DNA from: Geosiphon pyriformis uo1
Taxonomy: Eukaryota > Fungi > Glomeromycota
DNA: 64,000 nt
Assembly (NCBI GenBank): GCA_016748015.1
Contig: JAAOMT010000334.1
Coordinates: forward strand, 12,976 to 76,975
Direction of reading: 5' to 3'
The notes beneath the pieces are model-generated. The model was not told the DNA's origin, ran no database searches, and was given only the letters and a program-made list of their open reading frames with translations. Each line of letters begins with the position of its first letter. Position 1 is the first letter of the stretch. Of the stretch, positions 52,377 to 63,640 are shown piece after piece. Both the position numbers and the translations under genes were made by a program.

Positions 52377-54094
52377 ATTAATATCATATGATTGGTATCT
52401 AATCAACACCACATGATCAATTGTTGGGAAAAAATGTGAATACTAAAAATTTTATTTGACTGTGACATTATCTTTAATCATTAAAATCTATTTTTACAGT
52501 TACATAGAATAAATCTATATAGTAAAATTAATCAGCAAAATATTTTTATTACAATAAAAAATAAATATTAAGAATTTACAAATAAAATTGTGTTGAAATA
52601 TATTTTTTAATAGCACATGTTTATAATTTGCTATAAAATATAATTAGATTAATTTAGACAACTCTTTATTATTATACTTTAAATGATAGGTATTTCAAAA
52701 GAAATTCGATTGTTTTTGTTATAACTAGAGGGTATTTTTGAATAAATTTTAAACGCAAGTTACACAATAGATTGTTCGTAGAGATGACTTCCAAATAAAT
52801 TTTTCGCAAAAATAACAAAAATCGATTAGTAATTCAAAATACTTTTAATAAATAAAAGAATTTTTTTGAAAAAAAATTTGAATGATAAAAGGTTTTGCCT
52901 TATTAAAAATGAAGATTTTTTCATTTGCAATCAAAAACAAAAGAACCAAAGTGTGACAAAGAAATGAGTTCGTTTCATATGAAATTAACAATGTTTAAAA
53001 ATATTAGATAATATTTATGCTGCAAAGCATAGACTATCATCTTTAAATTTTTAAAAAGCGGATATTAAAAAAATCTAGAAGATGAATTTGTAGCTCATAC
53101 TTTTTAGATAAAAATTTTTATTTCCAAATATGTATTATCAAATTTTTGGATAAAACATCAAAAAGTAAGATAAATTAATTTTTAGGTTAAACAACAAAGC
53201 TGCAGTAAAAATAGATATTGCATAAAAAAATTTTGAAAAGCACCAATAAATAAATTTACTGTTTAAAATGAAAGAATATATTCACATGACAGACATATAA
53301 GAAATTTAAAAATTTTTATTTTATTTAAGAAATCCTCTTTTTTTAAGTTTTATTGCAAAAAAACTTTATTGAATATTATCTATCTTACAAATTGGTATTC
53401 TTAAAGTCATATTAATTTCTCTATATTCAGAAGTCTTTGTGATCTAGTTCAATTTCAAAAAATTTAAAAATTTATCTAATCCAATATTTTTGTAAAAAAA
53501 TGCCACGGTATCCAAGTTAGTTGTTATACGTTTCTCATTTATGATCATTCTCATGAAATTTCACACTTATAATTTTCTAATTTTGGGTGAAACGATATTT
53601 TGAAAACAGAAATTAGTATAAACGTTTCAAAATAGTAAGGCAATATTTAAGTCATTTACTCATTCCATGGTAGTACAACAATATGATGTAAATGAAAATT
53701 TTTATATATAAAATTGTACTTTGTATTACCGAAGTTTCTAAAGAAATCGAACGGAATTTTTTTCTTCCGAAATATTTTGGCCATTTATATAGAGAGTCAT
53801 TTATATATACTAATAAAGCTAACTCATTTTGATTGCCTATATTATCGGCGTTTTAGGTAATTTATAAAGAATCTCAGCTGAAAATATTTGGGGATCAAAA
53901 TTCAGATGTCATTTCGGATTCAAATTCCTTGTAATGTCACACAACAATTTTGTATAAATACGAGTTGCTTCTGAATATTCATACGACATTCATCTTTAAA
54001 TTTGTGAAGCTCTTTATACGCTCATTCTTTTATCTAAAAGTATAAAAAATAAAAGGTAGCATTTAAACTTATATCCTCATTCCTCAAAACATAC

Positions 54095-54961
54095 ATGGGT
54101 GACTCTTACCAAAATTACGGTTATAATTATGTTCAATCTATTATACCGAAAGTTCGAGCATCTCTTCAAGTGAAGGATTCTCAAAAAATTATTGTAATAA
54201 ATATAGCTACTTTCCCGACTGAGCTTAAATTTCAATTCCCAATTCCAAAAGCTGAAAATATTGTGGCAGCTTGTACAAAAAAGCAAACACGCACAGGAAA
54301 TGCCTTCCTTTACTTTAGGAGTGAATTCCAGAAAAACACTCCACGTGAAATGAATAATGATGATATTTCTACTTTAGCAGGTAGAGCATGGAAGAATTGC
54401 GACTATGGGGTAACGGAAGAATTCATCAAATTAGAAAATGATGTTAAAATAGCATTTTCTAAAAAGCGAATGTGCATAAAAGAATGGAGCCCTAATCGTC
54501 CAAAATTAAAAACTCGTGGTTCTAGATATGCTCAGCGATCCAAAAAAAAAAATCAAAACGAGATGATGGTGCAGAAAGATGATGAGGCATTCTCTTTACT
54601 GGATCAAGGGCAAAATAGCTTTCAAAGTGAAATATTGTCAGTCCCGTCTCCAGATTCTAATGTATTAACACTCGAAGATAAATTAGATCACAATTTTAGA
54701 AGATCTGATTTATCTGAGAGAACGGGCGTAAGTAATACATTAGACGAGGTTATTTTTGAAACCTCAAACACAGTAATGGCTGAGAATCAAACCAATTTTG
54801 AATCATCAGAAAATATCCTAGACCTTTTCGAATTGGCGGAACCATTTCATTATGATACAGAAATTTTTCATGACTCCTATTACACATCATTTGAAGAAAT
54901 GCTTCCATCACACTCAAACCTCGCTTTAAATGAAAATTACTTCCCTCCCCCCGAATTTTAG
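54095..54961 (+). CDS. HMG-box (MATA-HMG-like) transcription factor, intronless
   Basis: TRTGNAFLYFRSEF...NDDISTLAGRAWKN...EEFIKLE matches the HMG-box pattern; preceded by FPIPKAENIV and followed by an acidic/Ser-rich tail. Confidence 0.85.
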   Translation: MGDSYQNYGYNYVQSIIPKVRASLQVKDSQKIIVINIATFPTELKFQFPIPKAENIVAACTKKQTRTGNAFLYFRSEFQKNTPREMNNDDISTLAGRAWKNCDYGVTEEFIKLENDVKIAFSKKRMCIKEWSPNRPKLKTRGSRYAQRSKKKNQNEMMVQKDDEAFSLLDQGQNSFQSEILSVPSPDSNVLTLEDKLDHNFRRSDLSERTGVSNTLDEVIFETSNTVMAENQTNFESSENILDLFELAEPFHYDTEIFHDSYYTSFEEMLPSHSNLALNENYFPPPEF

Positions 54962-55957
54962 ATTCATTAGTTAAATTGAATTCAAAGAATGGTTTTCTGT
55001 AAATACTTGTGGTTATATTATACATAGAATTAATGGTCTTGGTTTAGGTTGTAGATACTTGATTCATAATAATTTTATTTTTGTAAATAATAGCTTTCAC
55101 TATTTGGTAGGTTTTTTAAGGCATTGAGCACAAAGAAATTTAAAAATGGAATTTTTTTTTTTGAAAAACTCCCAAAAAAAAAATATATATATATAATAGG
55201 GTTTAATAGTTGACTTTATAATAATTATCATTCTTTAATTTTAATATTTTTTCTGTTAGTATAATTTTGATGTAGAATAAAGTGAAATTTCGATTTTTTT
55301 TTAGATAAATGAGATGTTTTTCTTTAGCTAAAATCTTGATCTCTTTTCGATTTTTTTTCCATTCGACCCTTTTTTTGGTTTTTTTTTAATCGAAACAGTT
55401 TAAAAAGATTTTTTTAACATCCCATTACAGTAAAATTATTTCCGGCTAAATTGTTTATTTTCAATAAATCAGCCAAGGTTTCAAAGGAATGATGGTACAT
55501 TTGTTGATAATACACATATCACTAAATAAAAAACTTTGAAAATCTTTAAGCACAACAAAACAAGCCATTTACATAATGGCAACCTTGGATAATACCGGAG
55601 TTTGAATGCATATTTTTAGTACTCCGATTAATTGCGTGTTCAGCTAATTTTTAAGGGTCTTGTGCCACATAACCTTATTGGGTGTTTATAGACCGAAAGT
55701 AATGTTACTAGTGAAATCTTAACACCAATATAGTTTTATTTTCGTATTGAAATTTTTGGTCAGAAAGATTAAGAAAAATAAATAAGTTTCTCAAAGCATT
55801 AAGAATCTAGAACAAAAAAGCATTATAAATCTTAAATTAAAATCATCTTATGACTTGGGGGATGGGGGGTTTTACTGATTTAATAACAGCAGCATCTGAC
55901 AAGTCAGGTGTGTATAATGTCGAACGAAAAGCAGAATCAAATGATTTTACTTTTTCT

Positions 55958-55988
<31 letters not shown>

Positions 55989-56150
55989 AAATGAAACATA
56001 AGTAGTTTAATGATATTTATGAAAAATTGCAAAAATATTCTTTTTTAGAAAGAGCCGAAAATTTAAGTTTAATACACATTTCATTAATTATAAACATGAG
56101 AAAATTTGGTAATGAATAGCTGACAGTTTGGTCAGTTTCTCTTTTACATC

Positions 56151-56182
<32 letters not shown>

Positions 56183-56341
56183 ATTTAAGCCCATTCAAAT
56201 TAATTTTGCTCAAAGCTTAAATGTACAAAGTTTTTGGTACACCAATTTTTGGTTTTACAATAAGAAGGTGTGAAAGGGAATTAGAGCAACACTACATGAC
56301 CATTGAACAAATTTTAAATTAATTTTATAGCTATATAAATA

Positions 56342-56359
56342 CTGTCTCTTATACACATC
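56342..56359 (+). other. Tn5 mosaic-end / Nextera adapter sequence (probable library artefact)
   Basis: CTGTCTCTTATACACATC = first 18 of the 19-nt mosaic end CTGTCTCTTATACACATCT. Confidence 0.85.
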
Positions 56360-56899
56360 CCCAATTTTTGTAAAGGCTGAGAATCAATGCAATGAAAAAG
56401 AAAATACTGATAAAACTGCGTCTGCGTCTGAATCCCTGTGCTACCAAAGGAGTCCTAATTCCAAATGCACTCATTTGATTAGTAATTCATGTACGTGGAC
56501 ATGAACATGAACATGGATGACATTTATTTTAGAAAATCAACAATTAAAAATTATTAAAATCTAGATTTTAAGCGCCCAAAAGACTTTGTATTGATTTCTT
56601 GTAATTTGTTTAATAACGTGTTAGGCAGCTATCATTCATAATTAGGGAATTTTTGCAAACATGGTGAAAATCTTACATAAAAATGCCTTACAAATATTGA
56701 ATATTGACATGATAGTTTAATACTAAAAAATTTTTGAGTCAAATACATGTATATCTTTTACCGTAAAAGAATATATATATGATTTTGTGCCATCCTGTTC
56801 CGATTCGTAGAGATGCTTAATCGGGAATTTTTTTCATTGAATATTCAAAGTTTCAGTAAAACATGTTACATCTATTTTTAGAAAAAAAAAGGAATTTCT

Positions 56900-57190
56900 C
56901 ACAAGACAATTCACAAATTCATATGTTGAAAATTGTACACAATGCTGTCACTACCAGCAAAAAGTTGAAGACCCCCTTTTTATGACCCACCTAGAATCCT
57001 GATTTAATTTTTGGTCAATATTATAGAATATAAATTGCGTAAATATAGTCTATCTACTAACCTCATAGGATTGCAAAAAATGATTCAAGAAGAATGGAGT
57101 TTAATTCCCTCAAAAGTTTCTATACAATTGAGTAGAGGGCATGCTTTGCTGTTATTGAGGCAAATAGTGGTGTAATACATTAAAACTATT
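56900..57190 (+). mobile_element. Tc1-like transposase C-terminal relic
   Basis: *PT*NPDL...LQKMIQEEWSLIP...AVIEANSG matches the eroded WPxxSPDL...WxxIP...AVIxAxGG pattern. Confidence 0.6.
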
Positions 57191-57255
57191 TTATTTATAT
57201 TGGAGTGAATTTATTATTGTAAAATCTATAAAAATTAAAGTGGCGAATTGATTTT

Positions 57256-57258
<3 letters not shown>

Positions 57259-57298
<40 letters not shown>
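57259..57298. repeat. (CT)n microsatellite
   Basis: Directly visible. Confidence 0.95.
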
Positions 57299-57302
<4 letters not shown>

Positions 57303-58523
57303 GTCACTTGAATTTTTTATCATGATCGTAACATCTATAATGTAAAAGTAGGAATAGATAATGCACATAATACTCATAAATTTGACACAATTTACCGTCC
57401 CGAATTGTATTCACCAAATCATCCTACAACTACAACATGCTTGTTGAAAATGACATATGACATTAATGATTGTAAAGTGGTTCTCTTGTGACTTTTTCTT
57501 TTGACAATCATCAATTTGAAATAATCAATTTATATGAAAAATTTTTTTACTTTGATAAATTTTCATTTAAAGCTAACTAATAACATAAATTGCGAGAAAA
57601 GAAACTTTTGATTTACCAGTCTTTTTGAATTATCATAATTGAAAAATATGTAAATCTTTTCTTTGTAAATATTCATTAGTAATACATTCTATATTTATTT
57701 TTTAAATGAAAAGAAAAGAAGGGCATAAATTGGATTTTTAAACTTTGAAAACCTTTTGGACAATATAAAAATCTTTTTTTTTGAAGGTTGTACAATCTGA
57801 AACTCCAAAATTCTTGAATGATATTGTTCCCAATTTTTTGTTTAAATAACAAAGATTTATAAAATTTTTAAAATATTGAAATAATGACTTGTTATTATAT
57901 ATATCTTATTTACTCCTTGCATAAAATTTTTTTCCTATAACAATAAAATATCAAAACTCAAAGACTGAGAAAAATGTGAGCTGAGGATGGCGTAAAAATA
58001 TTCCAATAATATTCATCAAGTGAGCCTCATTTACTAGAATTGATAATGCGCCATGATTGAGCAACCTTTTTAATAAATTAATATAGGATCTATCATTATA
58101 TCAAAGAAATATCGAAGAAATTCATTTTCTGTACTATTGGATTTAATAAATATGAGGAGCGATCAAGAGGTCATCACGCGGACTAAATTTATTCTTTTTT
58201 CATGAGTTAAACATCATGAAAGTAAGCTAGCGGATTAATTACTCATTTGAATGTCATCATTTCAAATTTTAATTTGTAAAATTTTTTAAACTAATAGCTT
58301 AATGCGAAAACTTTATTTTGTTCCACATTCTAAAATCTTCAATGACAATTTCTTCTAATGGCAATTAACTGTTTGTTATGATTGATTCATTACTTGATAC
58401 TTTGCATTTTTTTTTTCAGAAATCTCAACTATAAAATACCTCTCACTATCCCAAATTTTGTCATCTTTGCCTTCCTCAGCTACAAATAGACATCCTAAAA
58501 AAATCAAATTATTATTCAATAAT

Positions 58524-58772
58524 ATGTCTCAAAAAAGTCATTTCTTAAGTTCTAACCAAGGAGCGTACACTCCTTCAACAAGTAATGTATTAATTCGAAA
58601 TGCTACAGAAATTCGTCAAATCACTCCTCCTCCTCCTCCTCCTCCTCCTCCTCCTAATCAACCAACTAATAGGCAACATACAATTCTCGAAGGACAAAAC
58701 CTTAATTTCAATAGAAAAGAGGAATTAATAGAACCAACATTTCACTTTTCATATATGCCACAAACTTCCTAA
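58524..58772 (+). CDS. Small uncharacterised protein with poly-Pro tract (82 aa)
   Basis: ATG at 58524; MSQKSHFLSSNQGAYTPSTSNVLIR...PPPPPPPPPNQP...EPTFHFSYM; protein-level similarity to 51103-51373. Confidence 0.55.
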   Translation: MSQKSHFLSSNQGAYTPSTSNVLIRNATEIRQITPPPPPPPPPPNQPTNRQHTILEGQNLNFNRKEELIEPTFHFSYMPQTS

Positions 58773-59115
58773 TTTACTGCAAGTCGAATTGTGATTTTTT
58801 TATATAATAGGCGGTTTCGAAAAATACACAACGAATTCTGAGACAATTTTATTTACCTTCTCTGTTTTAAATTTTTCTTTTACAATAAAGTTTATTGCTG
58901 TAAGCTATTTCACTTTATTAACTTATTTAAACTTTCAATTTACGCTTCTGTTTTATTGTTGTTCCTGTTGCTGAGTATCTAATTTTCGACGTTTGTAATG
59001 AAAAGGGGAATTCATGTTAAAAAAAACTTTTTCGATGTATAAATATTATGAATATCTGTTAATTTTTGAAAATATGGCTTTTCAGCTAAATTAAAATCTT
59101 TTGAAACCAATATAG

Positions 59116-59146
<31 letters not shown>

Positions 59147-60046
59147 ATATCGAGCCCTTGATTCTTGATCACATTTTATTTTCAGAAAATTAAGAATTCC
59201 TTATTTCTTTTTGCTTTTGTTTTGCTCTTCAAATGATTTTAATTATTTAGTTTTTCAAACATCTTTATCCATTTTTATACTTTAAAGCTTGGCTTTTTTT
59301 AATTAACGTTTCCATTTATCTAATGTAGAGTTAATATTTCATATTATAAAGATTATTTCTTTCCACGAATTTTTATCCCTTTGCTTATAATCTTCATTTT
59401 ATTAACACTTATCTTTAAATGCTCCTTTAAATATTGTTAAATTGATCATGTGCATCCTCTTTTTTTTCCAAATTTCTTTGCTTCTTAATATTTTCACATT
59501 ACAAGAGGGTAGTTCTTAATGCTAGTGAAACCAAAGTAAAAGTTAAGAGTTGCCCTCAAATTTCAACAATATTTGATAAATCACCTTATAATGCACATTT
59601 TTCAGAATGAATTCAACCTTAACAAGCAAATCTATTTCAAAAACGAAATAAAGATCGCAATTTCGTGTATTAATAGAATTTATCGCAGTGGCAAACCTTT
59701 CTGCGCCTAACCCCTGAATTTTAAGGTCCGCATTTTTCAAAGTTTAACTTAATATACCATCGATCAAATCTAAAATTGAGCCCTTCATTTTATGAGGTTT
59801 ATTTTAACAATATAGGCTTCAAGTTTTTTATAAAGACATTGACCCTTTTTTAGGTTTAAAAATCCCCAGTAGTAAGAAGCACAATTGAAGGAGATTAAAT
59901 TTTTGAAATTTGATCATTTTTACCCAGCAGCGTTTCAATAGCAAGTTTAACATTTTAAAGTTTCATTAAATTAAAATCCAAAAGAATTCACTAGAAAATT
60001 TTCTATTCACAAATATATGTAAACATATTAAATTTAGACTAAATAT

Positions 60047-60601
60047 TTACAATTCCTCCTTTTTTTCCTCCGATTTCACATTCTCTTCCTTTGCATCCCG
60101 TTCCTTTTTCAATTTTTGTAAATGAGGACACTTAATTTCGTCACTATCTTCCTTGTCAGATTTATTTAAATAAGGACATTTGGAAACATCCCCACCATGA
60201 GCTTTTTGATACTCCTTCAAATAATCCTCACTGAACTTTCCTTCTTTCCCATCCTTACTACTCTGGAAATGTGGACACTTTTCAATATAAGGACATCCAC
60301 TACCAGCAGTAACACCATCTACACCTGCCAACTCTAATTTCCCATCATTTGCTTCTGCTCGTTTTTTTAATTCTTCAAAGTAAGGGCATTTCCCATTTGC
60401 CATAGGACATTTGGTGGTGGACCAATCTACCGGATCAGGTGTTTCACCAGCTTGGATTTTTGCAATGTACGGACATTTTTTGGCGTGTGGGCAACCCTTA
60501 TCAGTTGTTTGTTTATCTGGTGTTGCTAACGTGAAAGATGACAACGCAAGAAGTGTGATAATTATAATGAATAAACAAAAAAAATTTCGCTTTTGTTTCA
60601 T
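60047..60601 (-). CDS. Signal-peptide protein with eight Cys-Pro motifs and C-terminal KEEL (putative ER-lumen heme/metal-binding protein), 184 aa
   Basis: ATG at 60601; MKQKRNFFCLFIIIITLLALSSFTLA signal peptide; CPH/CPY/CPM x8; ends ...EEKKEEL*. Confidence 0.8.
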   Translation of the reverse strand: MKQKRNFFCLFIIIITLLALSSFTLATPDKQTTDKGCPHAKKCPYIAKIQAGETPDPVDWSTTKCPMANGKCPYFEELKKRAEANDGKLELAGVDGVTAGSGCPYIEKCPHFQSSKDGKEGKFSEDYLKEYQKAHGGDVSKCPYLNKSDKEDSDEIKCPHLQKLKKERDAKEENVKSEEKKEEL

Positions 60602-61125
60602 TTTAAAATTATAATTTTTTTGTTCAAGTGTGTGTGAGTGAAAAAAAAACGGCAAAGAGGATTATTCATTCAATTTATACAAAAATCCCCCAATTTTATT
60701 CAAAAATGCATTGAGAGTGTACGACAGCAATTAATGATAACATTTGGAGTTACCGCCTGTTGTACCTACCTGTTAGTGAATGTTACATCTTTTACTCCGT
60801 ATTATGAAATTTGGATTTTACATTTCATATTATTCCCCTTATTAGGAATGTGAATCAAAGGCTCTCGTTACGGGTAAAGCTTTTAGAAATTTATTTATTT
60901 ATTTATATATTTATTGAGGTTTCGTTTGCCAAACTATTGATATTATACATATGATTATGTGCTATATGCTGCATTTTTTTGGCGGGTAATTAGATCAAAA
61001 CAGAGATATTAGAATGATAATTTTTAAGTTATTGTCAGTCAAGGTATTTTTTTATTAACGATTTATACAAAAATGTCTTTTAATTCGAATCTTTATTCCC
61101 TTGATTAATCAAAAATTTCGTCTAA

Positions 61126-62436
61126 CTATTTATCAACAATAATAAAATCGTCTTCGCTTTCTAAATTGTTTATTATTTTATTATCTTGTTTGATCACATA
61201 CTCTGTATTTTTTTCGCTATCTTGGATAGGTTCTTCGTCTTGATCTTCAATCATAGTATCTGGAGATTGTGGTTCTAGTGATTTCTCGCTAATTGCGCTT
61301 TGTGCGCTTTGTTCTGATAGTTCAGTATTTTCATTGTTGGTCGAGAATAAATTTTCAATTTTAGTGCTTTCTTCCGCCATTTCGATATTTTCTTCATTGA
61401 CTGATAATGAAGTTTCGGCCTCCATTTGAGTATCTAGTGTCATTTCTTGCTCAGCTATCTCGACATCTGGTTCGATCGAATTGAGAATAGTATACGGTTG
61501 AATAATTGCCTCCTCAAGTTTTTCTGATGTCGCCGTGGTCAGAGTGGTCGTCTTTATAGCTTCAGAATCGATTTTTAATTGAGCCTGCATAGCTTCAGAT
61601 ATTTGATCTTCTTGCTCATCTTGAACATTGAGTTTCTTCCATTGCGAATCTTTAATTAAATCTAAATCACTCAACATTTTCTGAGCAGTTCTCACAATTT
61701 GTTTTCGTCGTTCTCGTATGACTTCAACGTTATTGCTATCAATACGATCCAACTCGTCAAAGATCTTCAATACGGATTCTTCTTGAGTGAGAAAAGTGCG
61801 ATTATCTGGTGTAGAAGGAAATATTTGTTTTTCGTGTTCAGTGTGAAAAGTCAGCACAACTTCTGAATTAAACTGTTTTTGTAACGCATTCAAATGCCGC
61901 TCGATTAAACCAAGTTGATGAAGCTTATGTAAAGTACGACGTGTTTTTTGATTTGCATTTCGGTGACGAAGAAATCCTACAATCCGTTCAGCTGCTTCTT
62001 GACGAGAGATGTTGCTTTTACCACTCTGGATCGGAATTTTTCGGGTTTTGCTAAAATTACTACCTTCGCCGCTTTTTGATTGGGAAGCATTCTGACGTAA
62101 CTTTCCTCCGCAAAAATTAGTTGCATCACGTTCACGTTCTTGATCCAATACCCATTGACGAAAGGCCTGCTGCTGAAGAAAATTTTCTTGCTCAGCTTGA
62201 ATACGACGTCGACGTTCTTGTTGGGCTGATTCGATAGCTCGTCGTCGTTCCAAGTTTTGAAGTTCAGAGATTACATCATGAGCTCTATTTCGCGAGTAAT
62301 ACCCTTCATGATAACGAGGATTTGGGAAACAGCGATTTGCCTGGGCGTAATGACAGCCTCTTGTTGGTTGAGAATAACGTGAATTCGAGGGAGTAAAGAA
62401 AATGTATTCGGAATCGGGTGGGAAATATGCGAACAT
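61126..62436 (-). CDS. BAG-domain Hsp70 co-chaperone with upstream IQ-like motif, 436 aa
   Basis: QEAAERIVGFLR (IQ-like); NRTFLTQEESVLKIFDELDRIDSNNVEVIRERRKQIVRTAQKMLSDLD (BAG helices 2-3); acidic disordered tail. Confidence 0.85.
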   Translation of the reverse strand: MFAYFPPDSEYIFFTPSNSRYSQPTRGCHYAQANRCFPNPRYHEGYYSRNRAHDVISELQNLERRRAIESAQQERRRRIQAEQENFLQQQAFRQWVLDQERERDATNFCGGKLRQNASQSKSGEGSNFSKTRKIPIQSGKSNISRQEAAERIVGFLRHRNANQKTRRTLHKLHQLGLIERHLNALQKQFNSEVVLTFHTEHEKQIFPSTPDNRTFLTQEESVLKIFDELDRIDSNNVEVIRERRKQIVRTAQKMLSDLDLIKDSQWKKLNVQDEQEDQISEAMQAQLKIDSEAIKTTTLTTATSEKLEEAIIQPYTILNSIEPDVEIAEQEMTLDTQMEAETSLSVNEENIEMAEESTKIENLFSTNNENTELSEQSAQSAISEKSLEPQSPDTMIEDQDEEPIQDSEKNTEYVIKQDNKIINNLESEDDFIIVDK

Positions 62437-62559
62437 AATGTGAAGTTTTTATGGTTGTAGTATGTTTAGCAGATTTAAAAAAATGAACTTTGTTTTAAAA
62501 GCTTAGTGACTTTGAAGTTTTGGATTTTATTTTGTAAATTGATCAATCCGACAGGATCA

Positions 62560-62697
62560 TTTTATACATGTTGGCATAGCCTGTCGTAATTGCTTAGTTA
62601 CTTGCTTACATTGATGCCTGTCGACATGAATATTCAGGAACTCTCTCGAATAATACAAATATTTTGCTATGATAATGAGAATGTTCCCGAACGTTCT
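62560..62697 (-). promoter_or_regulatory. TATA box plus two heat-shock elements upstream of the BAG gene
   Basis: TATAAAA on the minus strand at 62560-62566; tGAAtaTTCagGAActCTCtcGAAt (62627-62651); perfect 4-unit aGAAtgTTCccGAAcgTTCt (62678-62697). Confidence 0.85.
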
Positions 62698-63119
62698 CGG
62701 GTAAAAATCTCGGCATTCTGGGTATCTTTTATCCGTGACTATCCCATAATGCATATCAAACTAATAAGATCACCTATACGCCCGTGTTTCTAGCGCCAGG
62801 ATCTCTGGTGACAAAAGTGGACCCTCCTTTCTCGATTCCGACCTACGAACTTCTCAGCCATATCGGCTCAGAATATGTGATTACCCATCGCGATCGTTTC
62901 TGCCGTTCTCTTCGACGATTAGACCTCCGACGAGCACAAACTTTCCCAGGATATTCTAATAATTAACATTGTTTTCAAGGATGACGAGCAGCTAGATACA
63001 GAAGAGAGTCCCAGAACAAGCAGAAAGCGTAACACGAAAACCAGAACAACAGTAGCATGTAACAAGTGACGACACTAGAGAAAAACTGTGTTAGTTTGTT
63101 TTGAATTTATTTCCAAATA

Positions 63120-63640
63120 AAGATTGTGGTACTTTTAAAAAAATAATTTGGTAATGTGATTTTTATCTGTTAATTACAAAAAAGAATTGCAATTGTTGTA
63201 TTAAATTCAGATATAAACAAGAATAAAAAATTAAGGTGAAAAATAAAAGCAAATAAAGACAATTTTTTTTTGGTTTAACAATAGATAGAATGTAATAAAT
63301 TGGCTTATAATATAACAGCTATTTAAGAAAACATATTTGATTAATTAATATATATAAAAACTATTTTTGATTAATAAACATTTAATATTATTGGATTGTT
63401 AATTTTCCATAATATACAAATGTGAAAGAAAGAAGATTAAACAAAAAAATTTATAAAATGTAATTTGAGCACATCCAAGATTCTGTAAACATCTCCAATT
63501 GAAAGTAGAAAGATATGGCAAAATTGTGATAAGAGAATTTGGATGGAAGTAAAGTGTTTAAATGTGATAGATGTGAACTTCATATTAATCAGGATGTAAA
63601 TGAAGCTTGATGAATGTTTTATAAGCATTTGCTTGATAGA
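63120..63640 (+). mobile_element. Decayed Fanzor2/IS607-TnpB-like RNA-guided nuclease gene
   Basis: Ordered eroded motifs: IVVLNSDI (RuvC-I IVALDPGI), FNIIGLLIF, RRLNKK...*AHPRFCKHLQLKVERYGKIVI, NLDGSKVFKCDRCELHINQDVNEA* (NLGGSKVFKCxxCxLxIDRDVNGAR). Confidence 0.75.

Noticed and set aside
54095-54961. HMG gene as a bona fide mating-type (sexM/sexP) locus
   Set aside because: No flanking triose-phosphate transporter, RNA helicase or homeodomain genes; HMG genes are highly multicopy in this lineage.
57195-57377. ORF with an ER dipeptide repeat
   Set aside because: Product of the (CT)n microsatellite.
59543-59740. LRR-like scrap (KIQGLGAERFATAINS)
   Set aside because: A single weak repeat with no ATG or continuous frame.
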